In this document: positions 49,857 to 60,036 of the stretch, piece by piece
Layout: each line of letters opens with the position of its first letter
Position numbering within the stretch: the stretch's first letter is position 1
Origin: Candidatus Nomurabacteria bacterium
Lineage (GTDB): Bacteria > Patescibacteriota > Minisyncoccia > Phycocordibacterales > UBA918
Reading direction: 5' to 3'
DNA length: 64,000 bases
Assembly: GCA_020632095.1 (NCBI GenBank)
Contig: JACKGF010000002.1
Coordinates: 144,502 to 208,501 of the forward strand
Made by a program: the position numbers and the translations under genes
The notes under the pieces: model-generated
Databases searched by the model: none
The model's input: only the letters and a program-made list of their open reading frames with translations
What the model was told of the DNA's origin: nothing

Positions 49857-50475
49857 GATTATTTTCTAACCCCAACTTTTGCCTTAGTTGCTTAACATAG
49901 ACATCAGTTATATTACTAAAAGCACTATATGCAAAGTCCCAGCAATGTTCGATTAATTGTTCTCTTGTTACAACGCTACCGGCGTGTCTCATCAAATACT
50001 CGAGGATGGAAAATTCTTTAAGCGTTAAAGAAATTTGTTTTCCAGACACGGTCACTATTCTAGATTGACTATTTAAAATCACATCTTGCACTACTAACTC
50101 ATCTGGTACCTGAACCGTTGGTCGACGAAGGAGCGCACGGACTCGAGCTAGTAATTCTTCCATGACAAATGGTTTTAGTAGATAATCATCAGCGCCACTA
50201 TCTAGTCCCGTGATTTTATCCTCTATTTCTCCTTTGGCGGTTAGCATTAAAATCGGTGTTGTATTGTGAGCCATACGTACATCACGACAGACACTTACAC
50301 CATCTTTCAAAGGAAGCATGATATCAAGAATTATAAGGTCATAAGTATCACTCAAAATCCGACGTTCGCCAGTTTCTCCATCACCAACAACATCAACCGC
50401 AAACGACTCTTCTTCAAGCATTTGTTTAATATATTTGGCAATTCTTTCATTATCTTCTACTACCAGAATTTTCAT
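49801..50475 (-). CDS. OmpR-family response regulator
   Basis: receiver (ILVVEDNERIAKYI, D in LIILDIMLP) plus winged-helix output (VYVKQLRQKL). Confidence 0.85.
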   Translation of the reverse strand: MKILVVEDNERIAKYIKQMLEEESFAVDVVGDGETGERRILSDTYDLIILDIMLPLKDGVSVCRDVRMAHNTTPILMLTAKGEIEDKITGLDSGADDYLLKPFVMEELLARVRALLRRPTVQVPDELVVQDVILNSQSRIVTVSGKQISLTLKEFSILEYLMRHAGSVVTREQLIEHCWDFAYSAFSNITDVYVKQLRQKLGLENNHDKYIKTIRGVGYSFISE

Positions 50476-50533
50476 ACACTATAATCATACGCCTATTCAT
50501 AAAATTTTCATATTTAAAAGGTAGAATTCAATT

Positions 50534-51430
50534 ATGAAAGAATATGATTTTACAGAAAGACACATGGGTACTGACGTGAGTATTTCATTGGTCTTTGATG
50601 AAAGTGCCCAAGTTAAACTAATAGCAAACGAGCTCTTTGAAATAATCTCAACTTATGAAAAAAGATTTTCTCGATTTTTACCTGACAGTGAACTCTCAAT
50701 TCTCAATCGTACTGGCCACGAAAAAGTGAGCGATGTATTTCTTGAAGTAACAACCAGAAGCTTAGAACTAGCCCGAAAGACCACCTCAGCGTTTAACCCT
50801 TTAGTACAAATTTCTCAACTCGGCTATCAAGATAATTTTACAGACTTACCAACAATCTGCAGAGTCCAACCAAACGAATACAACACCAACTTAAGCGAGC
50901 TTAAAATTGATACAGAAAGTAAAACTATTACCCTAGCTGAAGGTCAGCAACTTGATTTTGGTGGTTTTTTGAAAGGCTATCTAGCTACTAAGTTAGTTGA
51001 TTACATCAAGCAAAAATACCCAGAATGTCATGGCGTAATAATTAATATTGGTGGTGACATCAGCACTAGCGGTCATGACGAGCTTCACGAACCATTCATT
51101 TTTCTCCTCTATAATCCTGTGAGTGGTGATGAGGTGCCAGTAATCCTGACCGATACGGCTCTCGCCACCAGTGGTACCTACGCTAGACAGTGGCAAACTT
51201 CACAGGGTATTCGTCATCATATTGTTGACAGTAATACTCGTGATAATCCTGCTTGTGATTTGGTAGCTGTTAGTATCGTCCATAATGAAGGAGCTTTCGC
51301 CGAGGCTATGACAAAATTATTTTTAACCCGCGGAGTAGATGAAGCGATTAAAATAGTTCCGCCAGAAAATAACCACTATAAATATTTTTGTGTCACTACT
51401 GATGGAAAAATATTATCAACTATTGTATGA
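50534..51430 (+). CDS. apbE: FAD:protein FMN transferase (ApbE family)
   Basis: LDFGGFLKGYLATK resembles ApbE DxGGxAKGYA motif. Confidence 0.6.
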   Translation: MKEYDFTERHMGTDVSISLVFDESAQVKLIANELFEIISTYEKRFSRFLPDSELSILNRTGHEKVSDVFLEVTTRSLELARKTTSAFNPLVQISQLGYQDNFTDLPTICRVQPNEYNTNLSELKIDTESKTITLAEGQQLDFGGFLKGYLATKLVDYIKQKYPECHGVIINIGGDISTSGHDELHEPFIFLLYNPVSGDEVPVILTDTALATSGTYARQWQTSQGIRHHIVDSNTRDNPACDLVAVSIVHNEGAFAEAMTKLFLTRGVDEAIKIVPPENNHYKYFCVTTDGKILSTIV

Positions 51431-52053
51431 AATTATATTTTACTTTTATAAAAAATTTTCAGGAGTTTCTACTGGCTATTTCTATAGTAATTTTAGCCTG
51501 TCTACCGGCCAGTTTAGTATTTGTACCTAACTGGTTTGACGGAGAAAAATTAACACTTCTTTACGCCCTAGCTCACTTTAGTTTGTTTTTAGTGATGCTA
51601 ATTAGACCGCTGGCCGATATCTTTCGTGGCGTAACTTGGCTTAGACCACTGGTGATTTTACGTAAAGGAATGGGTGTTTTTTCCGCTTCAATTATTGTCT
51701 CGTTTATCCTAAGCAAGTTAATTGTCGGTTCATCAGGATATTTCAATAGTATGGTCAGTGCTGATTATTGGTCATTCAGTAATTTAGCCATATTGGCTCA
51801 CTTAGCTGATATTTCGGCTATGCTTCTACTAATAACCTCTAACAATCTATCCAAGCAACTACTAGGAAAAATGTGGAAGAATATCCAACGACTGTCTTAT
51901 GTGTATTTTTACGGTAGCGGTCTCTATGTCTTTTTTATCTTGCACGACAATTTCTTACTAATATATTTGGTCTTGGTTACTCTTTTCACTGTTCTGGCCT
52001 GGCTCAGAAATCACAACTTTATTTTGCAAACCAATAACCCCCAAACTATATGA
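51427..52053 (+). CDS. ferric-reductase-like transmembrane (heme-binding) component
   Basis: 6-TM protein with conserved His in alternate helices (LAHFSL, LAHLAD, ILHDNF); start overlaps apbE stop. Confidence 0.4.
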   Translation: MKLYFTFIKNFQEFLLAISIVILACLPASLVFVPNWFDGEKLTLLYALAHFSLFLVMLIRPLADIFRGVTWLRPLVILRKGMGVFSASIIVSFILSKLIVGSSGYFNSMVSADYWSFSNLAILAHLADISAMLLLITSNNLSKQLLGKMWKNIQRLSYVYFYGSGLYVFFILHDNFLLIYLVLVTLFTVLAWLRNHNFILQTNNPQTI

Positions 52054-52751
52054 ACCCGATAAAAAAAATGTCTGGCTTAATCACTAAAGTTACTGACCTA
52101 TCACCAACCGCCCGTGAGTATGTAATTAAACCATCTGAACTAATGCCCTTTACTGCAGGTAGTTTTGTAAATTTATTTGTTGAACATAGTGGAGAAAAAA
52201 TCCGCCGAGCTTTCTCAATGTCATCAGCAGATACAAACCCTGATGAATTCGCAATCACCATAAGACTTAGCCCAAACGGAAAACTAACCCCTTTACTGTG
52301 GGCAGAGGATTATGTTGGTAGAGAAATAGAACTGATGGGACCACTAGGACTTAACACAGCTGATAAAATGACTGCTTCAAAAACTTTTTTGTTTGGATTT
52401 GGAGTAGGAGCGGGAGTGGTCAAATCCCTGGCAGAAAACTTGGGAGCCAGAGATAATCTTAATTCTCTAACAATTGTAACCGGCAATCGAAGTACTGAAG
52501 AAATTCTACACAAAGATTTTTTTGACAGCTTATCTGAGACAAATGAAAAAGTATCAGTGAAGTACGTTGTATCAGATAATTCTCAAACTATATATCCAAT
52601 TGGACACATACAAGACCATTTAACTGAATATGATTTTAGCAACAGCGATGTCTATATGTGCGGGCAAGGAGTTGCCTGTGATGCTCTTGAAAAAACTATC
52701 AGTTCAACCAATCCCACAAATTGTAATTTTTTTGTTGAAGACTTTCATTAA
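52050..52751 (+). CDS. FNR-like FAD/NAD(P)-binding oxidoreductase
   Basis: FAD-binding RxxS motif (RRAFSMSS), Gly-rich NAD-binding stretch (LFGFGVGAGV); start overlaps previous stop. Confidence 0.6.
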   Translation: MNPIKKMSGLITKVTDLSPTAREYVIKPSELMPFTAGSFVNLFVEHSGEKIRRAFSMSSADTNPDEFAITIRLSPNGKLTPLLWAEDYVGREIELMGPLGLNTADKMTASKTFLFGFGVGAGVVKSLAENLGARDNLNSLTIVTGNRSTEEILHKDFFDSLSETNEKVSVKYVVSDNSQTIYPIGHIQDHLTEYDFSNSDVYMCGQGVACDALEKTISSTNPTNCNFFVEDFH

Positions 52752-52798
52752 AAACAAAACAGCCCATGATGGGCTGTTTTGTTTTTTTTGTTTACAGA

Positions 52799-53611
52799 TT
52801 ATGAATCTGATTCATCATCTTCACTATCATCACTTGAATCATCGACTGACTCTTCGTCACTTGAATCATCTTCTACAGCTTCGCTATCTTCACCATCATC
52901 ATCACTCTCATCCAATTCCTCATCATCTGAATCATCACTCTCTACCGATGAATTTTTACCAATTTGACTTTTAATCGCTTCTATCCGCTTCATGATGGCA
53001 GCAATCTTTTGCTCCTTAGTCATTCCTTCCAAACTAGATTTAAATTCATCTCGGTCAGACTTAAACTCATCCTTTATTACCTCAAACTTAGCTTTCTTTT
53101 CTTCCATCTCACTTTTTACTTCTTCTTTTCTTGTTTCCATCTGACTTTTCATTTCTGCTTTTCTGGCCTCGATTACAGTTTTAATATTCTGGATGAACTC
53201 CAACATCTTAACTCGCTTTTCATCCTCACTTAAACCATCCAGACTAGACAAAAATTCTTCTTTGTTTATTTTGAATTCAGCTTTTGTTTCTTCACGCTTA
53301 TCTTCAAATTCATCTTTAGCTTCTTCACGCTTCTCTTTAAACTCTTCTTTATTTGCCTCTTGTCTAGCTTTAAACTCGGCTTTTTTAGTTTCAATTATTG
53401 CCCGCAATTCTTCAATCTTTTTCTTCATCTCAACGCGCTTAGCAGCTTCTTCAGCAGACACAACTTCTGTATCGGAGCTGGTGTCTGAATTAGTATCTGA
53501 AGTTTCTTCTGCATGAGCCGCTGTTACCCCAGCGATAAAAAATGAAAAACACAGTGCAACACCCATCATGATTACTGCAATGTAATTTTCAAATGATTTT
53601 GTAATCTTCAT
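52799..53611 (-). CDS. hypothetical secreted, highly charged E/K-repeat protein with poly-acidic Asp/Ser tail
   Basis: N-terminal TM/signal; repeated EEAKxEFKxKREE units; C-terminal DDSDDEELDESDDDGEDSE... Confidence 0.4.
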   Translation of the reverse strand: MKITKSFENYIAVIMMGVALCFSFFIAGVTAAHAEETSDTNSDTSSDTEVVSAEEAAKRVEMKKKIEELRAIIETKKAEFKARQEANKEEFKEKREEAKDEFEDKREETKAEFKINKEEFLSSLDGLSEDEKRVKMLEFIQNIKTVIEARKAEMKSQMETRKEEVKSEMEEKKAKFEVIKDEFKSDRDEFKSSLEGMTKEQKIAAIMKRIEAIKSQIGKNSSVESDDSDDEELDESDDDGEDSEAVEDDSSDEESVDDSSDDSEDDESDS

Positions 53612-53736
53612 AATTATAATTTATTTATTAGTCTATGCCTTTTAAACAGGTAAAGAGGCTGGCTCTTTCGAACCAACCTCCAGTACTTATTTTTACCATA
53701 TTTCTAACAATTAATTTTTAGGGGTGTGGAAAAGTA

Positions 53737-54351
53737 TTAATCTACTACACCTTTTAACACTGGGTAAATTTTGTCAGCGATAATTTTGTATCCCTTGTCA
53801 TTAGGGTGCACACTGTCCGACATTAAGTCTGCATGCCCAAACAAACCGTCAAGCACGTCTGGTACATAAGCCGTTCCGTATTTATCCGCCAGTGATTCAA
53901 AGTTATTCTCAAAGTTGTCTTTTAGTAAACCACCTCGTACTCCAAGTAAAATGACAATTGATCCGGTCTCATGAATCGACTCTATTATTTTGCCTAAATT
54001 TGAAAATGTTTCTTCTGGTGGTATTTTTTGTAAGTAATCATTCCCTCCCAAAAGCAGCAAAACTACTTTTGGCTTTTTCTTCAACACCACATCCAATCTA
54101 GTAAGGGCGTCTCTAGTAGAGTCTCCCCTATTTCCAAGATTAACTATCGGTGTATTTATTTGTCTAGACAACTCACTTACAAAATCATTACCTGCCGTCG
54201 ACCCTACACCTTCCACGAGACTATCTCCAAAAGCAACAACAGTGGTGTTGAGTGAAGGGTAATTTGTAATTATTTTAGAACTACCCGAAAAAGTAAAAAC
54301 TAGTATCAAGATAAAGATTGACCCAAATAAAATTACGATTGCTTTGTTCAT
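53737..54351 (-). CDS. SGNH/GDSL hydrolase (secreted)
   Basis: VVAFGDSLVEG, LLGGNDY, SDSVHPN blocks. Confidence 0.7.
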   Translation of the reverse strand: MNKAIVILFGSIFILILVFTFSGSSKIITNYPSLNTTVVAFGDSLVEGVGSTAGNDFVSELSRQINTPIVNLGNRGDSTRDALTRLDVVLKKKPKVVLLLLGGNDYLQKIPPEETFSNLGKIIESIHETGSIVILLGVRGGLLKDNFENNFESLADKYGTAYVPDVLDGLFGHADLMSDSVHPNDKGYKIIADKIYPVLKGVVD

Positions 54352-54379
54352 TTTGTAACTATAACAATAGTTTATTGAC

Positions 54380-55687
54380 TTAACTATCTAGTAAATCTAT
54401 CCCCGACCACTGACTAAATTTTATTTTTATTTTGTTTAATAAATCATGAGCATAGTTATCGATTAATTTAAATATCAACACTAACAAAGTTAACCAAAAT
54501 ACTCCCAGAGAAAATCCAGCGATCACATCACTAAACCAATGCACATTTAAATACACTCGACTTAAACCAACTGAAATAAACAAAATTACAGCACTAACAA
54601 TAAACAACCCTCTCAAAAATTTATTCTTTAAATCATCCTTGAATGCAAACAGTAGGGTTATAAAAAATATCGTAGCCATGGTGGCATGTCCACTCGGAAA
54701 ACTGTACCCATCAACATTGATATACATATTTAATGGACGCTCGCGATGCATGAGAAATTTAATCAAAGATTCAAGCACAACTCCCCCCATCATCCCTGTG
54801 GCCAAAAGTATACTGAAATACCATTTCTTCACGTAAACTAACACTCCAAATAAAACTAAGGCGAAAAAAGACAAATTGAGTGGGCTGGCAATATTAGTGA
54901 TAAAAATAACTATCTCATTTATATGTAAGGACCAATAACGTGTCACCTCATTGTTTAACCAAAAATCTAACTTCGTAATCGATTCCATATCAATCACATC
55001 TTCAGCCATCTTTGAAAATAGATAGAGAGAACATACGTTCACAATCAATATGTATAAGTGATACTTTGAAAAAACATGTTTTCTTTTATCGACAAATCGA
55101 TATGCATAGACAATCATTATCCCGACCGTAACAGCCACCAAAACAAACCGTCCGATGTATTTTGACATCGCCTCATAGCTATGACCAAAGATGAATCCGA
55201 CCAATACGAAAACCGTTACCCAAGCTACTCCCCCAATAATGTTAAATAGCATGAACTTCCGGAAAGGGATATTTGTCGTTCCGGCTACAAAGGGTGCCAA
55301 TGCACGTGTTAATGAATTGAAACGACCTATGATGAGTGATTTACCAGCGTGCTTATGCATAATTTTTTTAGTACTTTCGAATTGTTCTTTTTTAAAGAAA
55401 AAATATTTACCATATTTTTCTAGCAAGCCTACTCCATATTTTTTTCCTAGTAAGTAACCAACAAAATCACCCGTCACAGCTCCCAATGAAGCAACAAAAA
55501 TAACATCTCCTAGATCCAAAAAACCCAATTTAACCATAAAACCACCAGCCACTATCACCACCATTCCAGGAGAGAATAAACCGAGCAGTGGCACAGCTTC
55601 AAGCAATGAAGCAACAAAAATAAGTACGTAGCCCCAGTGGTTAAAACCTAAAAATGAAAAAGTTGAGATATGCTCTAAAAACGACAT
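54380..55687 (-). CDS. DedA/VTT-domain membrane protein fused to PAP2 phosphatase
   Basis: N-terminal DedA-like (AVTGDFVGYLLGKKYG), C-terminal PAP2 motifs KFLMHRERP, SFPSGHAT, SRVYLNVHWFSDVIAG. Confidence 0.7.
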   Translation of the reverse strand: MSFLEHISTFSFLGFNHWGYVLIFVASLLEAVPLLGLFSPGMVVIVAGGFMVKLGFLDLGDVIFVASLGAVTGDFVGYLLGKKYGVGLLEKYGKYFFFKKEQFESTKKIMHKHAGKSLIIGRFNSLTRALAPFVAGTTNIPFRKFMLFNIIGGVAWVTVFVLVGFIFGHSYEAMSKYIGRFVLVAVTVGIMIVYAYRFVDKRKHVFSKYHLYILIVNVCSLYLFSKMAEDVIDMESITKLDFWLNNEVTRYWSLHINEIVIFITNIASPLNLSFFALVLFGVLVYVKKWYFSILLATGMMGGVVLESLIKFLMHRERPLNMYINVDGYSFPSGHATMATIFFITLLFAFKDDLKNKFLRGLFIVSAVILFISVGLSRVYLNVHWFSDVIAGFSLGVFWLTLLVLIFKLIDNYAHDLLNKIKIKFSQWSGIDLLDS

Positions 55688-55774
55688 TTGGCTTAGTTTA
55701 CTTCATTTAAAATACAATACCAACTAAACCAAAGACTTAAGTTAACAAAATACGTTGCATAACATGTACATGTT

Positions 55775-56236
55775 ATGTATAGTTCGTGCATGCGAACAAA
55801 TGTGTCTAGTACCAGACCTGTTACCTCTACCCAAGAAGACTATATCAGAGCTATGTATATTCTTGAGCTAGAAGAAAAAGGAGCTAGTGTCACTCAGGTC
55901 GCCAAACGACTTAAATTAAGTAAGTCGACCGTCTCAGAACGAATAAAGGAATTAGTGCGAGATGGTTTAGTAGTCGCCAAGCCATACTCAGACATCGCCT
56001 TGTCTAAAAAAGGTTTAGCACTTGGTGAAAAACTTACTTTCAAGCACCGTCTGATTGAAGTCTTTTTGTACCAAACTCTTAAAACACCTAAAGACAATAT
56101 CCACAAAGAGGCTGAGCTACTTGAACATGCGATTAGTGACGACATGGCTAAAAGACTTGCAAAATTTCTGAACTACCCCACCAAAGACCCTCACGGTTCA
56201 CCCATTCCAAATATAAAAAAACCAATAAATTATTAA
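55775..56236 (+). CDS. mntR: DtxR/MntR-family metal-dependent transcriptional repressor
   Basis: EDYIRAMYILELEEKGASVTQVAKRLKLSKSTVSERIKEL winged HTH plus metal-binding helices. Confidence 0.8.
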   Translation: MYSSCMRTNVSSTRPVTSTQEDYIRAMYILELEEKGASVTQVAKRLKLSKSTVSERIKELVRDGLVVAKPYSDIALSKKGLALGEKLTFKHRLIEVFLYQTLKTPKDNIHKEAELLEHAISDDMAKRLAKFLNYPTKDPHGSPIPNIKKPINY

Positions 56237-56241
56237 TCTAT

Positions 56242-57594
56242 ATGACACACACAAATTTATTTAAAGCGCTCGGTTGGAAAAATGGTCCAGACGATAATGA
56301 TTCTGAACTACATAACAGCATGCCTGAAGTTCATAAATCAATCCCGATACCACCCAACACTTCATTTTTCAAAAAACTATTAATTTATGCCGGACCAGGA
56401 TTTTTGGTAGCGGTAGGATATATGGACCCTGGTAACTGGGCCACTAGTTTAGCTGGTGGTTCAAAATTTGGTTACGCCCTATTGTCAGTGATATTGATCT
56501 CCAACTTTTTCGCTATGGTTTTGCAGCACCTAGCGCTTAAACTTGGAATTGCCACCGGTCGAGACTTGGCTCAAATGTGTAAAGAGAATTTTTCCAAGCC
56601 GGTAGCGATTTTTCTTTGGTTGATGGCGGAAGTAATGATTATAGCCACTGACTTAGCTGAGGTTATTGGTTCGGCGATCGCTCTAAACTTGTTATTTAAT
56701 ATACCAATTATAATTGGAGTTATTATCACGGCCGCTGATGTATTGGTTATTCTGCTACTGCAAAACAAAGGCTTCCGTCGCCTAGAAGCTTTTATAATCA
56801 CTTTAATTGGAACCATCACTCTTATCTTCGCCACGGAAATATTTTTGTCTTCCCCTGCTATCGGACCACTCTTAATTGGATTTATACCGACTACACAGCT
56901 TGTCTTTAATCCAGAGATGCTTTATTTAGCAATTGGTATCTTGGGAGCAACTGTTATGCCCCACAACTTGTATCTTCATTCTGCAATTGTCCAAACCAGA
57001 AGTTATGCAGAAACTGAAGCTGGCAAAAAAGAAGCGATTAAATTCGCCACCATCGACTCTACTACAGCATTAACCTTAGCCTTATTCGTTAACGCAGCCA
57101 TTTTGATTGTGTCGGCCGCTATTTTCTATGTGAATGGATACAATGATATAGCTGAAATTGAAGACGCCTACAAACTAATGGCACCCTTATTAGGAGCAGG
57201 TTTTGCTAGTACAATATTTGCCGTCGCTCTACTAGCGGCTGGTCAAAACTCTACTATCACAGGAACCATGACCGGACAAATTATCATGGAAGGTTTCCTA
57301 AACCTGCGAATCAAACCCTGGCTCCGCAGAATGATAACTAGACTCTTGGCCATCATACCCGCGGTAGTATTTATTAGCTGGTACGGATCTAGTGGTGCAA
57401 CCGAACTTCTGATTCTTAGCCAAGTAGTCCTCAGTGTGCAACTTTCTTTTGCTGTTTTCCCACTTCTAATATTTACTGGAAACAAGAAAATTATGGGTAA
57501 CTTTGTAAACTCTAGGAAGTTGAATGTTATAGCTTGGATTATTGGAAGTATAATTGCCGGCCTAAATATTTGGTTACTCTGGACTATAATGTAG
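56242..57594 (+). CDS. mntH: NRAMP-family Mn2+/Fe2+ transporter
   Basis: GPGFLVAVGYMDPGNWAT consensus transport motif, 11-12 TMs. Confidence 0.9.
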   Translation: MTHTNLFKALGWKNGPDDNDSELHNSMPEVHKSIPIPPNTSFFKKLLIYAGPGFLVAVGYMDPGNWATSLAGGSKFGYALLSVILISNFFAMVLQHLALKLGIATGRDLAQMCKENFSKPVAIFLWLMAEVMIIATDLAEVIGSAIALNLLFNIPIIIGVIITAADVLVILLLQNKGFRRLEAFIITLIGTITLIFATEIFLSSPAIGPLLIGFIPTTQLVFNPEMLYLAIGILGATVMPHNLYLHSAIVQTRSYAETEAGKKEAIKFATIDSTTALTLALFVNAAILIVSAAIFYVNGYNDIAEIEDAYKLMAPLLGAGFASTIFAVALLAAGQNSTITGTMTGQIIMEGFLNLRIKPWLRRMITRLLAIIPAVVFISWYGSSGATELLILSQVVLSVQLSFAVFPLLIFTGNKKIMGNFVNSRKLNVIAWIIGSIIAGLNIWLLWTIM

Positions 57595-57663
57595 TAATTG
57601 TTAATTGCAAAAACACCCTCAGGAGTTAAGCCCTGAGGGTGTTTTTTGTTTATACTAAAGTTT

Positions 57664-58092
57664 TTAATGATAACTACTATTATCTTTATTCAGTCGATAG
57701 ACTTTATAGACTTTGAATATTTGTAAAAACCGAAGTAGGGCGAGATTACCAATGAAGTGTGGCGCCAGCAGTGACACAATAACTAGCGCATTAATGATTG
57801 AATAGAGTGAGAAAAATTTTTTATCTGGAATATAGACGAATACTGACCGCAAGGTAAACTCCATCAAGAAAAGCATGCCGAAAATAATTTCAGCGTCACG
57901 AATTAAACTATGGAAATTTTCGCTCGCGTGTATGTAATCAAAATGTTCCGCGACATCGAGAGCAAACACACCGACCAATAAAATATTTATTAGTAATAAC
58001 CAGTTATTTAAAATAAAATTTTCACGAGTTCCAATATCAAAGGAACGGTCAACCGTTTGTAAGACGTTTAGTTTTTCTTGCGGAAATGGCAT
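57664..58092 (-). CDS. hypothetical membrane protein
   Basis: 142 aa, 3 hydrophobic helices; bidirectional terminator 57610-57650 downstream. Confidence 0.35.
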   Translation of the reverse strand: MPFPQEKLNVLQTVDRSFDIGTRENFILNNWLLLINILLVGVFALDVAEHFDYIHASENFHSLIRDAEIIFGMLFLMEFTLRSVFVYIPDKKFFSLYSIINALVIVSLLAPHFIGNLALLRFLQIFKVYKVYRLNKDNSSYH

Positions 58093-58137
58093 GTAGATAT
58101 ATTACCATCATTTCATGCGTGCTTTAAATTGATGTTT

Positions 58138-59319
58138 TTATTCTGACCGCAGAGCATCGACCGGTTGTAGTCTAGAGGCGTTGCGAGCGGGATACAAACC
58201 AAAGACAACCCCCACCGCCACAGCCACAAATGCCGCTAGAGCAATCACTTGCGTATTTACCAAAATAGTAATAATACTACTATCAGCAAATATACTGTTG
58301 GCGATTTTTGCCACCCCTAAACTAAGCAAAATACCAAGCAATCCCCCTAAGCTAGTCAGAGCTACCGACTCAATCAAAATCTGCAACATAATGTCACGAT
58401 CGCGAGCACCAATCGCTTTTCTTAAACCAATCTCTTTTGTGCGCTCGGTCACAGTAGTTAACATCATATTCATCGTACCGATACCACCAACAAACAATGC
58501 AATACCGCCTACCACCCCGAGAAATACACTGATCATATTGGTTGTTTCTTGCGCAGTCTCAATAAAAGCTTGAGCTGTTTCAATATTGAAAATATCTTCA
58601 CTATCAAACGCCAACTGACGAGAAGCGTTCAATGATTTTAAAATATCTTGTCCGGCGATTTCAAAATATGAAGAATCTTGCAACAAAACTGCGACTGAGG
58701 AAAAATTCTTGGTGTTGGTCAGCACTCCTACTACGCTATTATAAGGGAGCAAAATAATGCCATCACCACGAGTAAAAGCATTGGAGCTTGATTTAATCAC
58801 ACCAACCACGGTATAAGCCTGATTATTTACCGTCAATGTCTGATCTATAACCGAACGACCTGTATCTTCCAAAACCTTGGCAGCAAAACCATCTGACACT
58901 ACGACTACCGACTCTGCAAAATCAGGATTGTTAAAATCAAAAGTGTCACCGGACACGATTTCATAACTTTGAAGATCTGAATAATCACCAACCACTGTTT
59001 GTACAGAAGGAGAAAAATCAGAGCCAAACATGATCACATCAGTACCCCCGACTGACATTGAAGCCAAAGCGTGGGACACATAAGGTTGTGAGGCAACCCA
59101 ATCATAGTCTGTGTAGTTAATGTCGCCAGTAACGGTCAAGTCTCCATTAGCAAACGAACTAAAACGTTCTAAAACATTTTGTGATAACCCAGCGCCAAGC
59201 GCCAACATGGCAGTAACAGAAAATATACCAACTACTATTCCAATGATAGTAAGCAAAGAGCGCAACAAATTGCTATAAAGAGCCTGTAGCGATTCAAAAA
59301 TTAAGAAGCGTAATTTCAT
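58138..59319 (-). CDS. ABC transporter permease (MacB/FtsX-like)
   Basis: N-terminal TM, large periplasmic domain, C-terminal 3-TM FtsX-type domain. Confidence 0.8.
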   Translation of the reverse strand: MKLRFLIFESLQALYSNLLRSLLTIIGIVVGIFSVTAMLALGAGLSQNVLERFSSFANGDLTVTGDINYTDYDWVASQPYVSHALASMSVGGTDVIMFGSDFSPSVQTVVGDYSDLQSYEIVSGDTFDFNNPDFAESVVVVSDGFAAKVLEDTGRSVIDQTLTVNNQAYTVVGVIKSSSNAFTRGDGIILLPYNSVVGVLTNTKNFSSVAVLLQDSSYFEIAGQDILKSLNASRQLAFDSEDIFNIETAQAFIETAQETTNMISVFLGVVGGIALFVGGIGTMNMMLTTVTERTKEIGLRKAIGARDRDIMLQILIESVALTSLGGLLGILLSLGVAKIANSIFADSSIITILVNTQVIALAAFVAVAVGVVFGLYPARNASRLQPVDALRSE

Positions 59320-60032
59320 ACTTTATTTCCCTTAGTCTCTGATATTCTGCCATCAATAATATTGATTACTCGATGCACCACATCGGTCATGGAATCGTCG
59401 TGCGTCACAATAACTATAGTTGTTCCATACTTTTCGTTTAGAAAAGTCAAAGAATCTATAATACTGTCTCCAGTTCTTGAGTCGAGATTACCGGTTGGTT
59501 CATCAGCCAAAAGGAGCTTGGGCCGTGCTACTAAGGCTCGAGCAATCGCCACCCGTTGCCTTTGACCTCCAGATAGTTGATTGGGCCTCTTGTGCCAATG
59601 CTCTTCTTCAAGGGCAGCCTGATTTAAAGCGTGGACCGTATATTCATCATAGTTATCAGAAAATGAACGCTGATACATTAATGGCAACATGACATTTTGA
59701 TACACTGTTTTACCTGGCAAAAGATGGAAAGACTGAAAAATAAAACTTATATCTGTCGAGCGCAATTCAGCCAATTCATCTGAGGTCATACTGTCAACGT
59801 GTTTACCATCAAAGTAATATTTTCCAGTGGTAGCCACATCAAGACCACCCACAATATTCATCAAAGTCGATTTTCCAGAACCAGAGGGCCCAAGAATAGC
59901 TACCATCTCACCTGCAAAAACGGTGAGATTAATATCATGAAGCACTGGCACCTCAAGACCTCCTTGTAAATAGAAACTCTTTGTGATGTTTTGTAAATCA
60001 ACGACCTTTTTTCTTTCTAAAGTTTTCGTCAT
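59316..60032 (-). CDS. ABC transporter ATP-binding protein (MacB/LolD-like)
   Basis: Walker A GPSGSGKST, signature LSGGQRQRVAIARA, Walker B LLLADEPTGNLD; start set at internal Met to abut upstream gene. Confidence 0.85.
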   Translation of the reverse strand: MTKTLERKKVVDLQNITKSFYLQGGLEVPVLHDINLTVFAGEMVAILGPSGSGKSTLMNIVGGLDVATTGKYYFDGKHVDSMTSDELAELRSTDISFIFQSFHLLPGKTVYQNVMLPLMYQRSFSDNYDEYTVHALNQAALEEEHWHKRPNQLSGGQRQRVAIARALVARPKLLLADEPTGNLDSRTGDSIIDSLTFLNEKYGTTIVIVTHDDSMTDVVHRVINIIDGRISETKGNKV

Positions 60033-60036
60033 AATT

